Source: Ruminococcus flavefaciens
GTDB taxonomy: Bacteria > Bacillota > Clostridia > Oscillospirales > Ruminococcaceae
Length of the DNA stretch: 64,000 nt
NCBI GenBank assembly: GCA_902766595.1
Contig: CACXEJ010000072.1
Location: 4,709 to 68,708 of the forward strand
Direction: 5' to 3'
Part shown: positions 48,115-58,059 of the stretch, piece by piece
How positions within the stretch are numbered: the stretch's first letter is position 1
How the letters are laid out: each line of letters begins with the position of its first letter
Notes under the pieces: model-generated
What the model was told of the DNA's origin: nothing
The model's input: only the letters and a program-made list of their open reading frames with translations
The model's database searches: none
Position numbers and translations under genes: made by a program

Positions 48115-51100
48115 TCAGAAACCTCCGAAAGGATCGTTTCTGTTCTTCTTACCGGACTTAGCAGTCGGTTCTTCGTAACCGAAGATGTCATACTCGGTTG
48201 TAACCTCCTGCTTTTCCTTTTTAGGCTTGCGCACAGGCTCAATACCGTGCTCCTTGAGGTAATCGTCAGCAAGGTCGGAAGCTCCGCCCATATCCATCTG
48301 GAACACTGAATCGTATACAGCATCAGCCGATGACTGAGAGTAGTCTCCGGAGTCGCACTTGCTGTTTACCTGCTTGATATAGCGCTCTGTAAGGAACGAA
48401 AGGTACTTCTTCTGTATGCTTGAGTCGCTTACGCTTCCGTCATAGAGACGCTCAGCAGAAACGAGCTCCTGATCGCGAAGCTGCATAAATACAGTTGTTG
48501 CAGCAGAACGGTATATCGTCACAACGCTTATGGTTATGAGCGTACAAATTCCCATAGCCACGAGCTTGGCTGTTATGACCGTAGGAGACTGCTTTTCACG
48601 TTTTTCAGTTTCAGGCAGCCAGAGCGGCACTCTGTGTACCTCTTCTCCGCAAACGCGGCAGAAACGAGTGTCCTTTCCGACAACTCCTCCGCACTTGCGG
48701 CAGACCTTGTTTTTCTTGCTTCTTCTGTATGCAAAAATGCACTCAACGATCACGAATACTGTGAGAAGTATTCCGATGATAATTGCAGCAGCTGTCTTTG
48801 CAGCCTTGCCCTTGACCTTACCCTTGCCGTTCTTGCCGGCTGTGTAGGACTCATCGAACTTACCGTCGCCGTCGCTGTCCACATCAAGAACAGTCTTGCC
48901 GGAAGCCTTGGTGTTGGTGCTGATGATAGTGCCTTTGCTTATCGGTACATCGCTGAACGTTCTTACATCTGAATATTCTCCGTCCTCATCGGCAAAGCTG
49001 ATAGAGTAGTCCATCGTACCCTCGCCGGTACCGTTGATGCATATCTCGTAATTTGTATCGTTATCGAGTCTGAGAACCTTTATCTCGTTATTCTCGCCCT
49101 CGAAGCCAAGTGAACCGAATGAAGCTCTTGTGCTTAGATCCTCGGGATCAGAGGAGAGTACCTCGCCGCTGCACTTTACTGTGACGTCAACCGGGCAGGC
49201 AATTCTTACTACAATGCTATACTTGCCGCCGACATTGTCTGCAAGGTCATTGAAGGCATAAGCCATATCCTCGCTGGTCTTAACGTTGTATGAGTAGCCG
49301 GGTGAAGCAATATCGTTCATCAGCTTCTGTGCTTCCTGGAGCTGTGTGCCGTCGAGTTTATGGAAGAAGCCGAGCGAATACATTATTACGCCCTTATCCT
49401 TGACCTCTGAAGCACGCTTCCTGATAGCAGAGTCATATTTTCCGTCCTCGCCGGTCGGACCTGTTTCAGGGTAACCGTCACTCATTACGAACATCAGCTT
49501 TCTGTCACTGTCTGTCTGCTCAAGAAGCTCGTAAGCCTTGTCAATACCGTCGTACATATTTGTACCGCCGTCAGCTCTCAGCTTCTGGATAGCGTCTACG
49601 AGCTCTGCCCTGTCACTGCACGATATTACAGCAGTATTTGCGTAATCGGAATAGGGCACGAGACTTATATCTACGCTGGGATTTTCAGTGAGAACGTAGT
49701 CCACGAACTTCACAGCAGCCTGAATGGTCTCGCTTATAGGAGTTCCTCTCATACTGCCCGATACATCGAGAACAAGAGCGACTGAACGCTTTAATGAACC
49801 AAATTTGGTCTTGAGGTTTTCAGATTTTTTGTACTCGCCAGCCTTGTTGTCAGGTGACTCCTTATTCACGATAAAGTCGCGTATCTCATACGTTACGCCG
49901 CCGTTACGGTCGGAAAGAGTCATAGTATATATACCGGGCTCGAGTCCGCCTAAATTAAACACTGGCTCGCTGAGATCATTGTCAATGACCTTTTCGCCGT
50001 CCGATGAACGGGAAACGGTCAGATGACACTCGCTGTACTTTTCGGAATTTGCATTGTATACGGTAAACTCTGCATCGCTTGAATATGCTGCACTGAATGT
50101 ACGCGCATAACCGGAACGGCTTATACCTACAGCATCAAATGCATTGATGATGTTCATTATCTGACTGTCGTTAAGAGCATATTTATCAGGAACGTCCTTG
50201 TTGTCCCTCAGCTGCATAGCGATAGTCGTTATAAGATCACGGAACTGCTCATAGCTCATATCTGTTACGATAAAAGGTATCGCTGTATAGTAGAGATATG
50301 CGAGCTGTTCTGGTGTAATGGCTTCCTGATCGTTGTTCTTCTGCGTCATAAGGTAAGCAGAATGAGAAATGATCGTGCTGTCATGGAGAAGTTCCTCGTG
50401 TGTGAGACCTGTGCTCTTTCCGCAGGTATCCTCGATAGTTACAGCATTTCCGGACGCAGAGGGATTTTTCATAGAACGATACCCCTTGCTGTTGGGCTCA
50501 CCTGTCTCCCAGTTGCAGGAGTTGCTGTGGTCACCGAAACCGCCGTCATCAAAGTCCTCGATAAGCTCAGCAAAAATATCTGCAAGTCCCTGCATATAAA
50601 CGCTGTTATCAGCTATATCATAAGGCAGGATAGCCTTGACATACTCTCTTGCAATGTCATTTGCATCAGAACTGTCAATAAAAGCTAAAGCAGCTCTTCC
50701 GGGCTTGCTCTCGTCCTCAGATACAGATTCCTGATATCTTACTGTAAGTTCTTCCTCGGAAGATTCAGCTCTGAGATAAGTGCGCTGGTGTTCAGAAGCC
50801 TTATCGACCAGAATGTAGCAGTTCTCAAGGGAGGCTGCTCCAAGAATATTTCCAAAGAAACTCTCAACGCTTTTGATCTCGGACAGCAGCTCAACAGCTT
50901 TAGCATTGCTCTCCTTAGCTGACTGGAAGCCGTCATTTTCGTCAAATCCGGCATAAACATAGATGTTTTTTTCCTCGTCAAAAACGTCGCTTTCCTTTTC
51001 AGCTTTTTTCTTCTTTGGCTGTGCTTTTGTTGTAGTCTTTGTCTCAGTTTCGGTATCGCTCTCAGAAGCGTTCTCTGTCTGAGTTTCGGTCACAGTTTCA

Positions 51101-52086
51101 GACTGTGTTTCCGTTGAAGTTTCAGAGAGAGTCTCATCATCTGAGCTTGTTTCAGTTTCAGAGTCAGACTGTGTTTCAGACTCTTCGTCGGTCTCAGTCT
51201 CAGTTTCCTCTTCTGTCTCTTCCTCAGTTTCTTCTTCAACCGGTTCATACTTTCTGAACTGATAAGTTGAAAAATCACTGCTCTGCTTGCCGATACAGTT
51301 GAGCTTGTAAAGCACCTCACCGGTGTCAGCATCGGCTATGATATTCTGCACCGCATTGTCAGTGATCTTATCATACACAGTAAATGAATAGCTCATATGC
51401 GGCTTTTCATCTTTGTCGATAACTATCCATGAGCCGTTGTTGCGGATAGAGTATTCTTTGTCGTTATTCACCTGATATTCGGATTTAAGATACTTCGCTA
51501 CTTCACCCTTGACATCATTTTCACTCATCTGAGCCTTCGGGATATAGTCCTCAGCAAACTTGAAATAGCTTCCGGCAATAGCAATGAGATTGCCCTTCTT
51601 ATCGGCAATTACCTTCATATCGTGACCGAATACCGGATAGCCGTTCTTCATCTGACGCAGAGCGTATGTATCGAATATCTTGCCCTCATTGAGAAAACGC
51701 ATCTTGAATTCATTCTGAGGGTCAATAATACCGTAATCGCCTTTGAGCGCACCAAGTGCAGCAATGGCACTGTCTGAATCAGTTATGACAATATCAGACT
51801 TGCCGCTGATACCTGCTGCTCTGTACGATATAACACCCTTGCCCTCAGCTTCTGCCTTAGCCTTTTTCTCAGCAATGGACTCCTCCTGAATAAGAAGCTG
51901 CTCCTCGGAGATCTCCTCGGCAGCCATAGTGTCCTTCGGCCCTTTGCCGAATATATTATATATACAGAATGCATCAATAATAGATGTTGCAGCAATGACT
52001 ACGATCATAAGCCATGTAAGCATTCTGAGTCCGCCACGCTTCTTCTGCTTTTCAGAGGAAGCCTTGCTCTTTTCATTCTCTTGCAT
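48115..52086 (-). CDS. Large membrane protein: FTP + PepSY + inactive M4 peptidase + VWA + zinc ribbon
   Basis: TM helix; LRQMKNGYPVFG (FTP); DADTGEVL (PepSY); M4-like GLADIFAE, HDSTIISHSAYLM, AFDAVGI but no HExxH; VWA DVSGS..GGT..SDG; TM, CRKC..CRVC, TM. Start could be 52101. Confidence 0.75.
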   Translation of the reverse strand: MQENEKSKASSEKQKKRGGLRMLTWLMIVVIAATSIIDAFCIYNIFGKGPKDTMAAEEISEEQLLIQEESIAEKKAKAEAEGKGVISYRAAGISGKSDIVITDSDSAIAALGALKGDYGIIDPQNEFKMRFLNEGKIFDTYALRQMKNGYPVFGHDMKVIADKKGNLIAIAGSYFKFAEDYIPKAQMSENDVKGEVAKYLKSEYQVNNDKEYSIRNNGSWIVIDKDEKPHMSYSFTVYDKITDNAVQNIIADADTGEVLYKLNCIGKQSSDFSTYQFRKYEPVEEETEEETEEETETETDEESETQSDSETETSSDDETLSETSTETQSETVTETQTENASESDTETETKTTTKAQPKKKKAEKESDVFDEEKNIYVYAGFDENDGFQSAKESNAKAVELLSEIKSVESFFGNILGAASLENCYILVDKASEHQRTYLRAESSEEELTVRYQESVSEDESKPGRAALAFIDSSDANDIAREYVKAILPYDIADNSVYMQGLADIFAELIEDFDDGGFGDHSNSCNWETGEPNSKGYRSMKNPSASGNAVTIEDTCGKSTGLTHEELLHDSTIISHSAYLMTQKNNDQEAITPEQLAYLYYTAIPFIVTDMSYEQFRDLITTIAMQLRDNKDVPDKYALNDSQIMNIINAFDAVGISRSGYARTFSAAYSSDAEFTVYNANSEKYSECHLTVSRSSDGEKVIDNDLSEPVFNLGGLEPGIYTMTLSDRNGGVTYEIRDFIVNKESPDNKAGEYKKSENLKTKFGSLKRSVALVLDVSGSMRGTPISETIQAAVKFVDYVLTENPSVDISLVPYSDYANTAVISCSDRAELVDAIQKLRADGGTNMYDGIDKAYELLEQTDSDRKLMFVMSDGYPETGPTGEDGKYDSAIRKRASEVKDKGVIMYSLGFFHKLDGTQLQEAQKLMNDIASPGYSYNVKTSEDMAYAFNDLADNVGGKYSIVVRIACPVDVTVKCSGEVLSSDPEDLSTRASFGSLGFEGENNEIKVLRLDNDTNYEICINGTGEGTMDYSISFADEDGEYSDVRTFSDVPISKGTIISTNTKASGKTVLDVDSDGDGKFDESYTAGKNGKGKVKGKAAKTAAAIIIGILLTVFVIVECIFAYRRSKKNKVCRKCGGVVGKDTRFCRVCGEEVHRVPLWLPETEKREKQSPTVITAKLVAMGICTLITISVVTIYRSAATTVFMQLRDQELVSAERLYDGSVSDSSIQKKYLSFLTERYIKQVNSKCDSGDYSQSSADAVYDSVFQMDMGGASDLADDYLKEHGIEPVRKPKKEKQEVTTEYDIFGYEEPTAKSGKKNRNDPFGGF

Positions 52087-52175
52087 ATTCACACCCACCA
52101 TTCATATTTAAAAGGACGACTCTGCTGATAGAGCCGAGCCGTCCTTAGTTTTGTCAATGTAACAGTAATGGTCGA

Positions 52176-52922
52176 TTACTTGCCGAAGCTGAAGCTCTTT
52201 GCAGGAGCCTTGGAGTCGTCGTCATTCTTGAGTGATGAAGCAACTACATAAGAACCTACGATAAAGATGAGAAGGAAGAGCATCCAGAAGATGAGTGTCC
52301 ATGTAGGACCGCCCTTGACCTTTGTCTTCTCCATCTCATCCTTGAGCTTGCCCTTGAGATAGAATGCCTCAATGAAGAGGAAGAGTCTTCCGAAGAGAAG
52401 GAACACAGCAGATGCACCAAGGGAAAGAACTGCAAAGTTGTACTTCTTTGAAATATACATAAATGCCCAGCCTGCTAAACCAGCTACTGCGCCGATAGTT
52501 GCAACTACTTCGATGAACTTAACGAATTTTGTGAAGCCGTTATCAGCGATGCTGTCGTCCTCATCAGACTCATCACAAACTGCTGAGAATGAAGTTCTGC
52601 TCCAGTCGCTCCACTTCTGATACTTGTACTTTGTCTTCATAAACTCAGTATGGTAAGTACCGAAGATACCCATAATGATGTAGAATACCATTAATACGGG
52701 AATGATCTTCTTAAGATCAAACTTGATGTTTGCCTTGTCGAGAGCTCCGAGAGCACTCTTTCCGGCATTGCTGAACGGATTGGGAGCTGCTGCGGGAGCG
52801 GGTGCAGGTGCAGGTGCTGCTGCCTGAGCGGGAGCCTGAGCTGCTGCGTCGTTTGCTGCTCCGCAGTTGGGACAATGTGCTGCATTGTCAGGGATCTGTT
52901 TGCCACAATTCTTACAAAACAT
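52176..52922 (-). CDS. Zinc-ribbon membrane protein (4 TM)
   Basis: MFCKNCG...CPNCG, Ala/Pro linker, four TM helices. Confidence 0.8.
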   Translation of the reverse strand: MFCKNCGKQIPDNAAHCPNCGAANDAAAQAPAQAAAPAPAPAPAAAPNPFSNAGKSALGALDKANIKFDLKKIIPVLMVFYIIMGIFGTYHTEFMKTKYKYQKWSDWSRTSFSAVCDESDEDDSIADNGFTKFVKFIEVVATIGAVAGLAGWAFMYISKKYNFAVLSLGASAVFLLFGRLFLFIEAFYLKGKLKDEMEKTKVKGGPTWTLIFWMLFLLIFIVGSYVVASSLKNDDDSKAPAKSFSFGK

Positions 52923-53025
52923 AATTTTTTCCTCACTTTTCTTTTATAATGTTTATACGTATGATTCCGGCTGAAAGCCTGCCGGAGCCGGCTATATTAC
53001 AGCCGTGTGCCGGCTGGAATATGCG

Positions 53026-54222
53026 TTAAAGCGTCAATAATTCCTCTTGTTCCTTTTTCAGAGTTTTTACGGAGTATACCGCAGCAGCTGCTGCCGCAAT
53101 GCAGACAGCCATCATAATAATAGGAACAGGACTGAACAGATATTTATAATCGGTAAAGTTTTCTTCCATATCAAATCTTTTGACCTGATCATAGAGTCTG
53201 TCGTTCTGCTTGATGCGGAAAAGAATATTGCATATATATCCGATGACCGGCAGGAGCGAAGAAACCGCTGCAAGTCTCAGAGAGATAATATTCTTTTTCA
53301 CAAATACCATAACAGCAGCTACAATAGAAAGCAGCGCAGACAGCAGAACGACCACATAGTTGATTATGAATAAAGTCTTCAGGTAACTATCACCAAGAGC
53401 CTCAAAAAAATCGTCAGGTTTCATATAGTAGATCATAAAATAGTTGTTCAGTAGATCGCTGCTTACCTTATAATCAGAACGATAATTCTGGTAAGCATAC
53501 GAATAACAGACCACACCAAACGCAAGAAACAGCGCGATTATGACTGTAAAGAACGGCATATACCCTAAAATGCTGCCCTTGTCATACTTGTCATTTATAC
53601 TGATATGAAAAGCTTTGCTCGAAACTCTGAAACACATTCCTGCGACCAGGAGTTCGGCAATTATCAGCACGACCGCCGGCACACTGAACGCCAGTGACGA
53701 AGAAAGCCCTGATTCCGAGCGCTCGTGAATATAATATATGAAATTGGCTATATGAGCAAGCGGAATTATTAGAGCGCTCTTCCCGACGGAAGAAGCCGCT
53801 TTGTCATAATCCCTTTTCAGAAGCTGTATCAGTGCCAGCACCAGTAAAGCTGCCGAAAGTGCTGCTATTCCAATGTCTATATATGTAACTGCTTTGCTCC
53901 AATTATCGGTGGTATCCGAAAACTTTTCAGGACCGAGACCAATAAGAGCTTCAACGGCACTGTCCATTGACATCGAGATATACATCGTTCTGTCGCCTTT
54001 GTCGATTTTGACATAAGTAAGGCTGACTTTAAAAATACCGGATATAAGAAACATTACCGTCACTATCATAGTACATATCATAATGACACGTTCTTTTGTC
54101 TGGCTCAGCTGAACGGGAGAAAAGCCTCCCTCAAGCGGCTCTGACTGAACTTTTCCGCAGTTGAAGCAATAATCGCTTCCGTCCGGGAGCTCTGCGCCGC
54201 ATCTGTTGCAATTCAATTTCAA
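53026..54222 (-). CDS. Zinc-ribbon membrane protein (about 8 TM)
   Basis: CNRCG...CFNCG followed by about 8 TM helices; TTG start after AAGGGGG. Confidence 0.75.
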   Translation of the reverse strand: MKLNCNRCGAELPDGSDYCFNCGKVQSEPLEGGFSPVQLSQTKERVIMICTMIVTVMFLISGIFKVSLTYVKIDKGDRTMYISMSMDSAVEALIGLGPEKFSDTTDNWSKAVTYIDIGIAALSAALLVLALIQLLKRDYDKAASSVGKSALIIPLAHIANFIYYIHERSESGLSSSLAFSVPAVVLIIAELLVAGMCFRVSSKAFHISINDKYDKGSILGYMPFFTVIIALFLAFGVVCYSYAYQNYRSDYKVSSDLLNNYFMIYYMKPDDFFEALGDSYLKTLFIINYVVVLLSALLSIVAAVMVFVKKNIISLRLAAVSSLLPVIGYICNILFRIKQNDRLYDQVKRFDMEENFTDYKYLFSPVPIIMMAVCIAAAAAAVYSVKTLKKEQEELLTL

Positions 54223-54239
54223 TCCCCCCTTTTCTGATA

Positions 54240-55961
54240 TCAGGCTGTCTTTTCGAGCCTTATATCGTAAAGAGTTACGCTGCTGTAATCAACACCGCCT
54301 AGATACAGTGCTATCTCAGCGTTATCATCATCAGCAGAAGCTGTAAATTCTGCTTCAAACGGTGATCTCTCGCCGTTATTCACAAATCTGCCTGAATAGA
54401 ACTCATTATCTCTTCCCCTGACAACGACTTTATTTCCGTCATCTGTGTCCTGCGAGGAAGTACACTTGAAGCTGAGTCTGTATCTGCTGCCTTTTTTTAG
54501 CTGTATACCGGAAATAACCGCCTGTACATCAGCATCCTTATCCCCGCCGCCGACGATATTCACCCAGAATGATCTGTCATAATCGGAGAAGTAAGTTGCG
54601 GCACTTGCACCGGAAGTCTCGCTGCAGCTGACACTGTATTCAGCCTCAGCAGCTGCATCAAGTCCGAGCTTATCCGACTCTATGCCCAATACACTGCATA
54701 TCTTGTCAGCGAGCAGATAAGCGTTTTTCTGCTGAGTCACAGCAGAGGGATGCCAGTCAGCACCAAAGCCATCTGCCTGAGTCTGCGTAGGCGACTGATA
54801 GCTCATTATGCGCTCATCAGCTGTCTTTTTCTTATAACGGGAAATAGCCTCCTCTATCATAGGGTACATATCAGTGCAGCCCATAATGCCGATCGTGCAT
54901 ATGATATAGGAGTCGGGATTGTTCCTGCGGACAGTCTCAAGGAAGCTCTCATAAGCTTCTATGAATTCAGCACCGCGGTCCTCAGGAGATCTCTCAACAT
55001 AAGTTGCGTCATTTGTACCGAGATTGATAACTACAACATCATTCTTCGTACTGCTGAAATCCCACGGCACGGAGTAGCTTTTGCCCGGACCTACATTCTC
55101 ATACAGCGTCGGAACGAGACTGCTCTCATTCTTGTCACCGCTCGGAGTATATCCGGAAATAATACCGTGTCCACTGTAAGAAACGGCACTGTAATCCGCA
55201 CCGAGCTTCTCTGCTGTGAGATAGGCATATGACTTCATAAAGTTCTCGGTAGTTGTTTTGAACGGTTCGTTCTGATCGGCAGCCTCAACACCATATGCGC
55301 AAGTGATCGAATCACCTATGAATTCGATGTTCAGTTCCTTTTTTTCAGTTGGTATGACAGGATGAGCCACTTCGGAAAGCGTGTTTATCCCGGAAATACC
55401 TACCGCACCGTTAGTTGCTTCGGAAAGATGTATGATCCTGACGTCGGCAATACGGTTCTTGTCACCGCTGAAGAGCGTGATCTCTTTCGATTTCTCGCCC
55501 ATTGTGCCGTCAGCAACGATCTCACCGTCAACGATAACGGCATATCTTGCCTGATGTGATGTGCCGTTGTAGATACTGCCGTCACCGCAGAGAGTTACAG
55601 AAGCCGCTTTGGCATTTACCTTGAACTCCGCAGATGAACCGCTCTGAACGAGCCACATAACATCATTTTCATAAAGATTTCTGCCTATGTACCTGACGTT
55701 CTCTTCGGAAGCCTTACAGACACATTCTCTGAATACGCCCGAACCTACATAAGCTCTGCGCATAGAGATCATATCGTAAACATCAACACGTCCGTTTCCG
55801 TCAACGTCCTGACCGGCTTTTACCGGCTGAACACCAAGAAGTGAGCTTCGCATATCCCTGAGATCATCAATGCTGTACTTTTTATCAGCAGCACTTACAG
55901 ACGAAGTCAGTGAAGTCGAGACGGCAGCTGCCGTAATCGCGGCAAATAACTTCTTCCTCAA
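54240..55961 (-). CDS. Secreted SGNH esterase (CE2-like) with partial dockerin and C-terminal CBM-like domain
   Basis: Signal peptide from TTG 55961; DVDGNGRVDVYD; IGDSITCAYG, NLGTND, DWHP. Confidence 0.8.
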   Translation of the reverse strand: MRKKLFAAITAAAVSTSLTSSVSAADKKYSIDDLRDMRSSLLGVQPVKAGQDVDGNGRVDVYDMISMRRAYVGSGVFRECVCKASEENVRYIGRNLYENDVMWLVQSGSSAEFKVNAKAASVTLCGDGSIYNGTSHQARYAVIVDGEIVADGTMGEKSKEITLFSGDKNRIADVRIIHLSEATNGAVGISGINTLSEVAHPVIPTEKKELNIEFIGDSITCAYGVEAADQNEPFKTTTENFMKSYAYLTAEKLGADYSAVSYSGHGIISGYTPSGDKNESSLVPTLYENVGPGKSYSVPWDFSSTKNDVVVINLGTNDATYVERSPEDRGAEFIEAYESFLETVRRNNPDSYIICTIGIMGCTDMYPMIEEAISRYKKKTADERIMSYQSPTQTQADGFGADWHPSAVTQQKNAYLLADKICSVLGIESDKLGLDAAAEAEYSVSCSETSGASAATYFSDYDRSFWVNIVGGGDKDADVQAVISGIQLKKGSRYRLSFKCTSSQDTDDGNKVVVRGRDNEFYSGRFVNNGERSPFEAEFTASADDDNAEIALYLGGVDYSSVTLYDIRLEKTA

Positions 55962-56080
55962 GAACAAGCCCACCTTTCTGTTCAATGTACATACCACTAT
56001 TATATATTATTTCTTTACTGCTGTCAAGCGATATTTAACAAAAGTCTTTATCAATTATTGCGATTTAGGCTCAATAAGCA

Positions 56081-56109
56081 AAAAGAGTGCGCTCTGGCAC
56101 TCTTTTTTC
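56081..56109. terminator. Terminator of the sleC operon
   Basis: AAAAGAGTGC...GCACTCTTTT. Confidence 0.75.
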
Positions 56110-56111
56110 AT

Positions 56112-56633
56112 TCACTGCGTTATTGTACGGTCGATATGTTCGCAGCAGCGCACAAGCATATTCCATGTACCGCTGTCGACCTTTCCCGTCATCGGAAGTC
56201 CTACTCTCTTCTGAAAAAGCTTTACAGCATCTGCGGTCGCTGTGTTATAGTTTCCGCATATATCCACGCAAGGCGCGTTTTCGTAGTGTTCACCGATGTC
56301 GTTCAGCATTGCCTGAACTATATAGATGAGCTGTCCCTTGTCGCCGTTTCCTGCGACATATCTCGCAGAAGGGAAAACATTATACGGCTCCGGTGCAGAA
56401 TCTATATTACTCCGGTAGACACGAACTATCTTGTTCCAAGTGGCTGTGTCTGTATTTCCCGTCTCCGGCAGTCCGTATTCCCTCTGAAACGCTCTTACAG
56501 CTATTGCTGTATCAGCTCCGTAAACGCCGTCCGGTATCACCTGCGGTATCTTGCTGTTAAACAGCGAAATAGCGTACAGATAGCGTTGGAGCTCATATAT
56601 GTGCTGACGGCGCTGCTGACTTGTATATGCCAT
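56112..56633 (-). CDS. Tandem peptidoglycan-binding (PG_binding_1) domain protein
   Basis: DGVYG..T..AVRAFQ...GL..TG..D..TW pattern present twice. Confidence 0.88.
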   Translation of the reverse strand: MAYTSQQRRQHIYELQRYLYAISLFNSKIPQVIPDGVYGADTAIAVRAFQREYGLPETGNTDTATWNKIVRVYRSNIDSAPEPYNVFPSARYVAGNGDKGQLIYIVQAMLNDIGEHYENAPCVDICGNYNTATADAVKLFQKRVGLPMTGKVDSGTWNMLVRCCEHIDRTITQ

Positions 56634-56649
56634 ATTACTCCCCTCCTAC

Positions 56650-58047
56650 TTATTCAGCCTCTATCGTATAGCCCGGCGACTGATAAGGTCTCTTGTCAAA
56701 GCCGTATTTCAGGTCTGAGTACACTCCGGCTATCCTGTCCCACGTCACTGCACCTACGATGCCTGTCGGATTTATGCCGAACTGCCGCTGAAAAGCCGTT
56801 ACGGACTGCCTTGTTACAGGTCCGAAGTAGCCGGTGTTATTCACAGCCGGTATATCCGGATAAGTGGCACTTATCAGTGTCAGATACTCCTGTATCAGCT
56901 TCACTGAGTCGTTCTGGTCACCCTCGCGCAGAACGGTTCCCGGATAAAGCGCAACTGCCGTATATTTCGGAGGTACCGACTCAGCTATGCCCTGATAAGC
57001 CCTGTAAAGGTCGTTGCGCGTAGCACGGTCTACCTCCCCGGTCTGCGGAAGTCCGAAAACACGCTGGAAGGACTTAACAGAACGTTCAGTCTTTTCGCCG
57101 AAATATCCTGTTATCTCAACAGGCTCTACCGCAGCATAATAAGCTCCGATGACCGCAAGATAATACTGAAGCATACTCACCTCTATGCTCTGCATACCTA
57201 TCTTCAAGTCCTCAGTGTAACGCTTTTCAACCTCATCGTAGCGCACTCCCTCGGAGTCAAGCTCGGCGATCCGCTTGACACTCGTGTAGATGTAGGTTAT
57301 CCTGTACCAAGTCGATTCGTTCACTATGCCGGTGACCTCAAGTCCGAAAACCTCCTGAAACTTCCTGACGGCTGCCTCTGTTGCTGCATCAAAGATACCG
57401 TCAGCTGCCGGTATCTTGGGTATTGCCGGGTAGTTTCCGGATATTCTGTTCAAGTAGATCTGAAGCGAACGGACGTCGTTGCCTGCCGAACCGAATTGCA
57501 GGTCTATGCCCGGATAGGAGGGCATTGTCGTTCTGACAGGCGCGTTTTTAACAATGTCGATGTCGTCTCCGTAGTAATACTGCAAGATCTCATACGGGGT
57601 GAGTCCGCGGTTCGCAAGGTCAACAGTCCCCCATTGTGAAAGCCCCTCACAGGTAACAGTGGTTCCGTTGCAGAACGCTGTGAACAGCGGCTCTATCTTC
57701 CCCTGCCTCCTTACATAATCGTTGAAAAGCTCATCTACAAGATAGCTTATATTCTGGAAATACTCCCTGCCGTTGATAAACTTCTGATCGTACTGCGTGG
57801 TAGCTGTTATATCAAAATCATACCCCCTCGACCTGTACCACTCCGTGTAAATGCGGTTCAGTGCAAACGAGGTTATCGCATAAATATTTGCACGAAGCGC
57901 ATTTTCAGGCCACGTCGGGAATATCTCGCTCGAAGCAACATTCTTGATGTAGGACGAAAATGCTACCGTTACATTCGGCGCGTCGGAGTCCGGTGTACCG
58001 AGGTGTACAGTTATTGTCTCGGGGATATATGGTGTTCCGCTAAGCAT
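56650..58047 (-). CDS. sleC: Spore cortex-lytic enzyme SleC (catalytic domain + PG-binding repeats, no pro-region)
   Basis: IPETITVHLG, YIKNVASSEIFPTWP, FALNRIYTEWYR, LSQWG; three PG_binding_1 repeats. Confidence 0.85.
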   Translation of the reverse strand: MLSGTPYIPETITVHLGTPDSDAPNVTVAFSSYIKNVASSEIFPTWPENALRANIYAITSFALNRIYTEWYRSRGYDFDITATTQYDQKFINGREYFQNISYLVDELFNDYVRRQGKIEPLFTAFCNGTTVTCEGLSQWGTVDLANRGLTPYEILQYYYGDDIDIVKNAPVRTTMPSYPGIDLQFGSAGNDVRSLQIYLNRISGNYPAIPKIPAADGIFDAATEAAVRKFQEVFGLEVTGIVNESTWYRITYIYTSVKRIAELDSEGVRYDEVEKRYTEDLKIGMQSIEVSMLQYYLAVIGAYYAAVEPVEITGYFGEKTERSVKSFQRVFGLPQTGEVDRATRNDLYRAYQGIAESVPPKYTAVALYPGTVLREGDQNDSVKLIQEYLTLISATYPDIPAVNNTGYFGPVTRQSVTAFQRQFGINPTGIVGAVTWDRIAGVYSDLKYGFDKRPYQSPGYTIEAE

Positions 58048-58059
58048 CTCTCGACCTCC

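Noticed and set aside
51030-51240. TCAGT/TCTC-rich quasi-repeat DNA
   Set aside because: Explained by the Glu/Thr/Ser low-complexity linker of the VWA protein
56058-57023. 321-aa plus-strand ORF
   Set aside because: Antisense shadow of sleC and the PG-binding gene; no recognisable motifs
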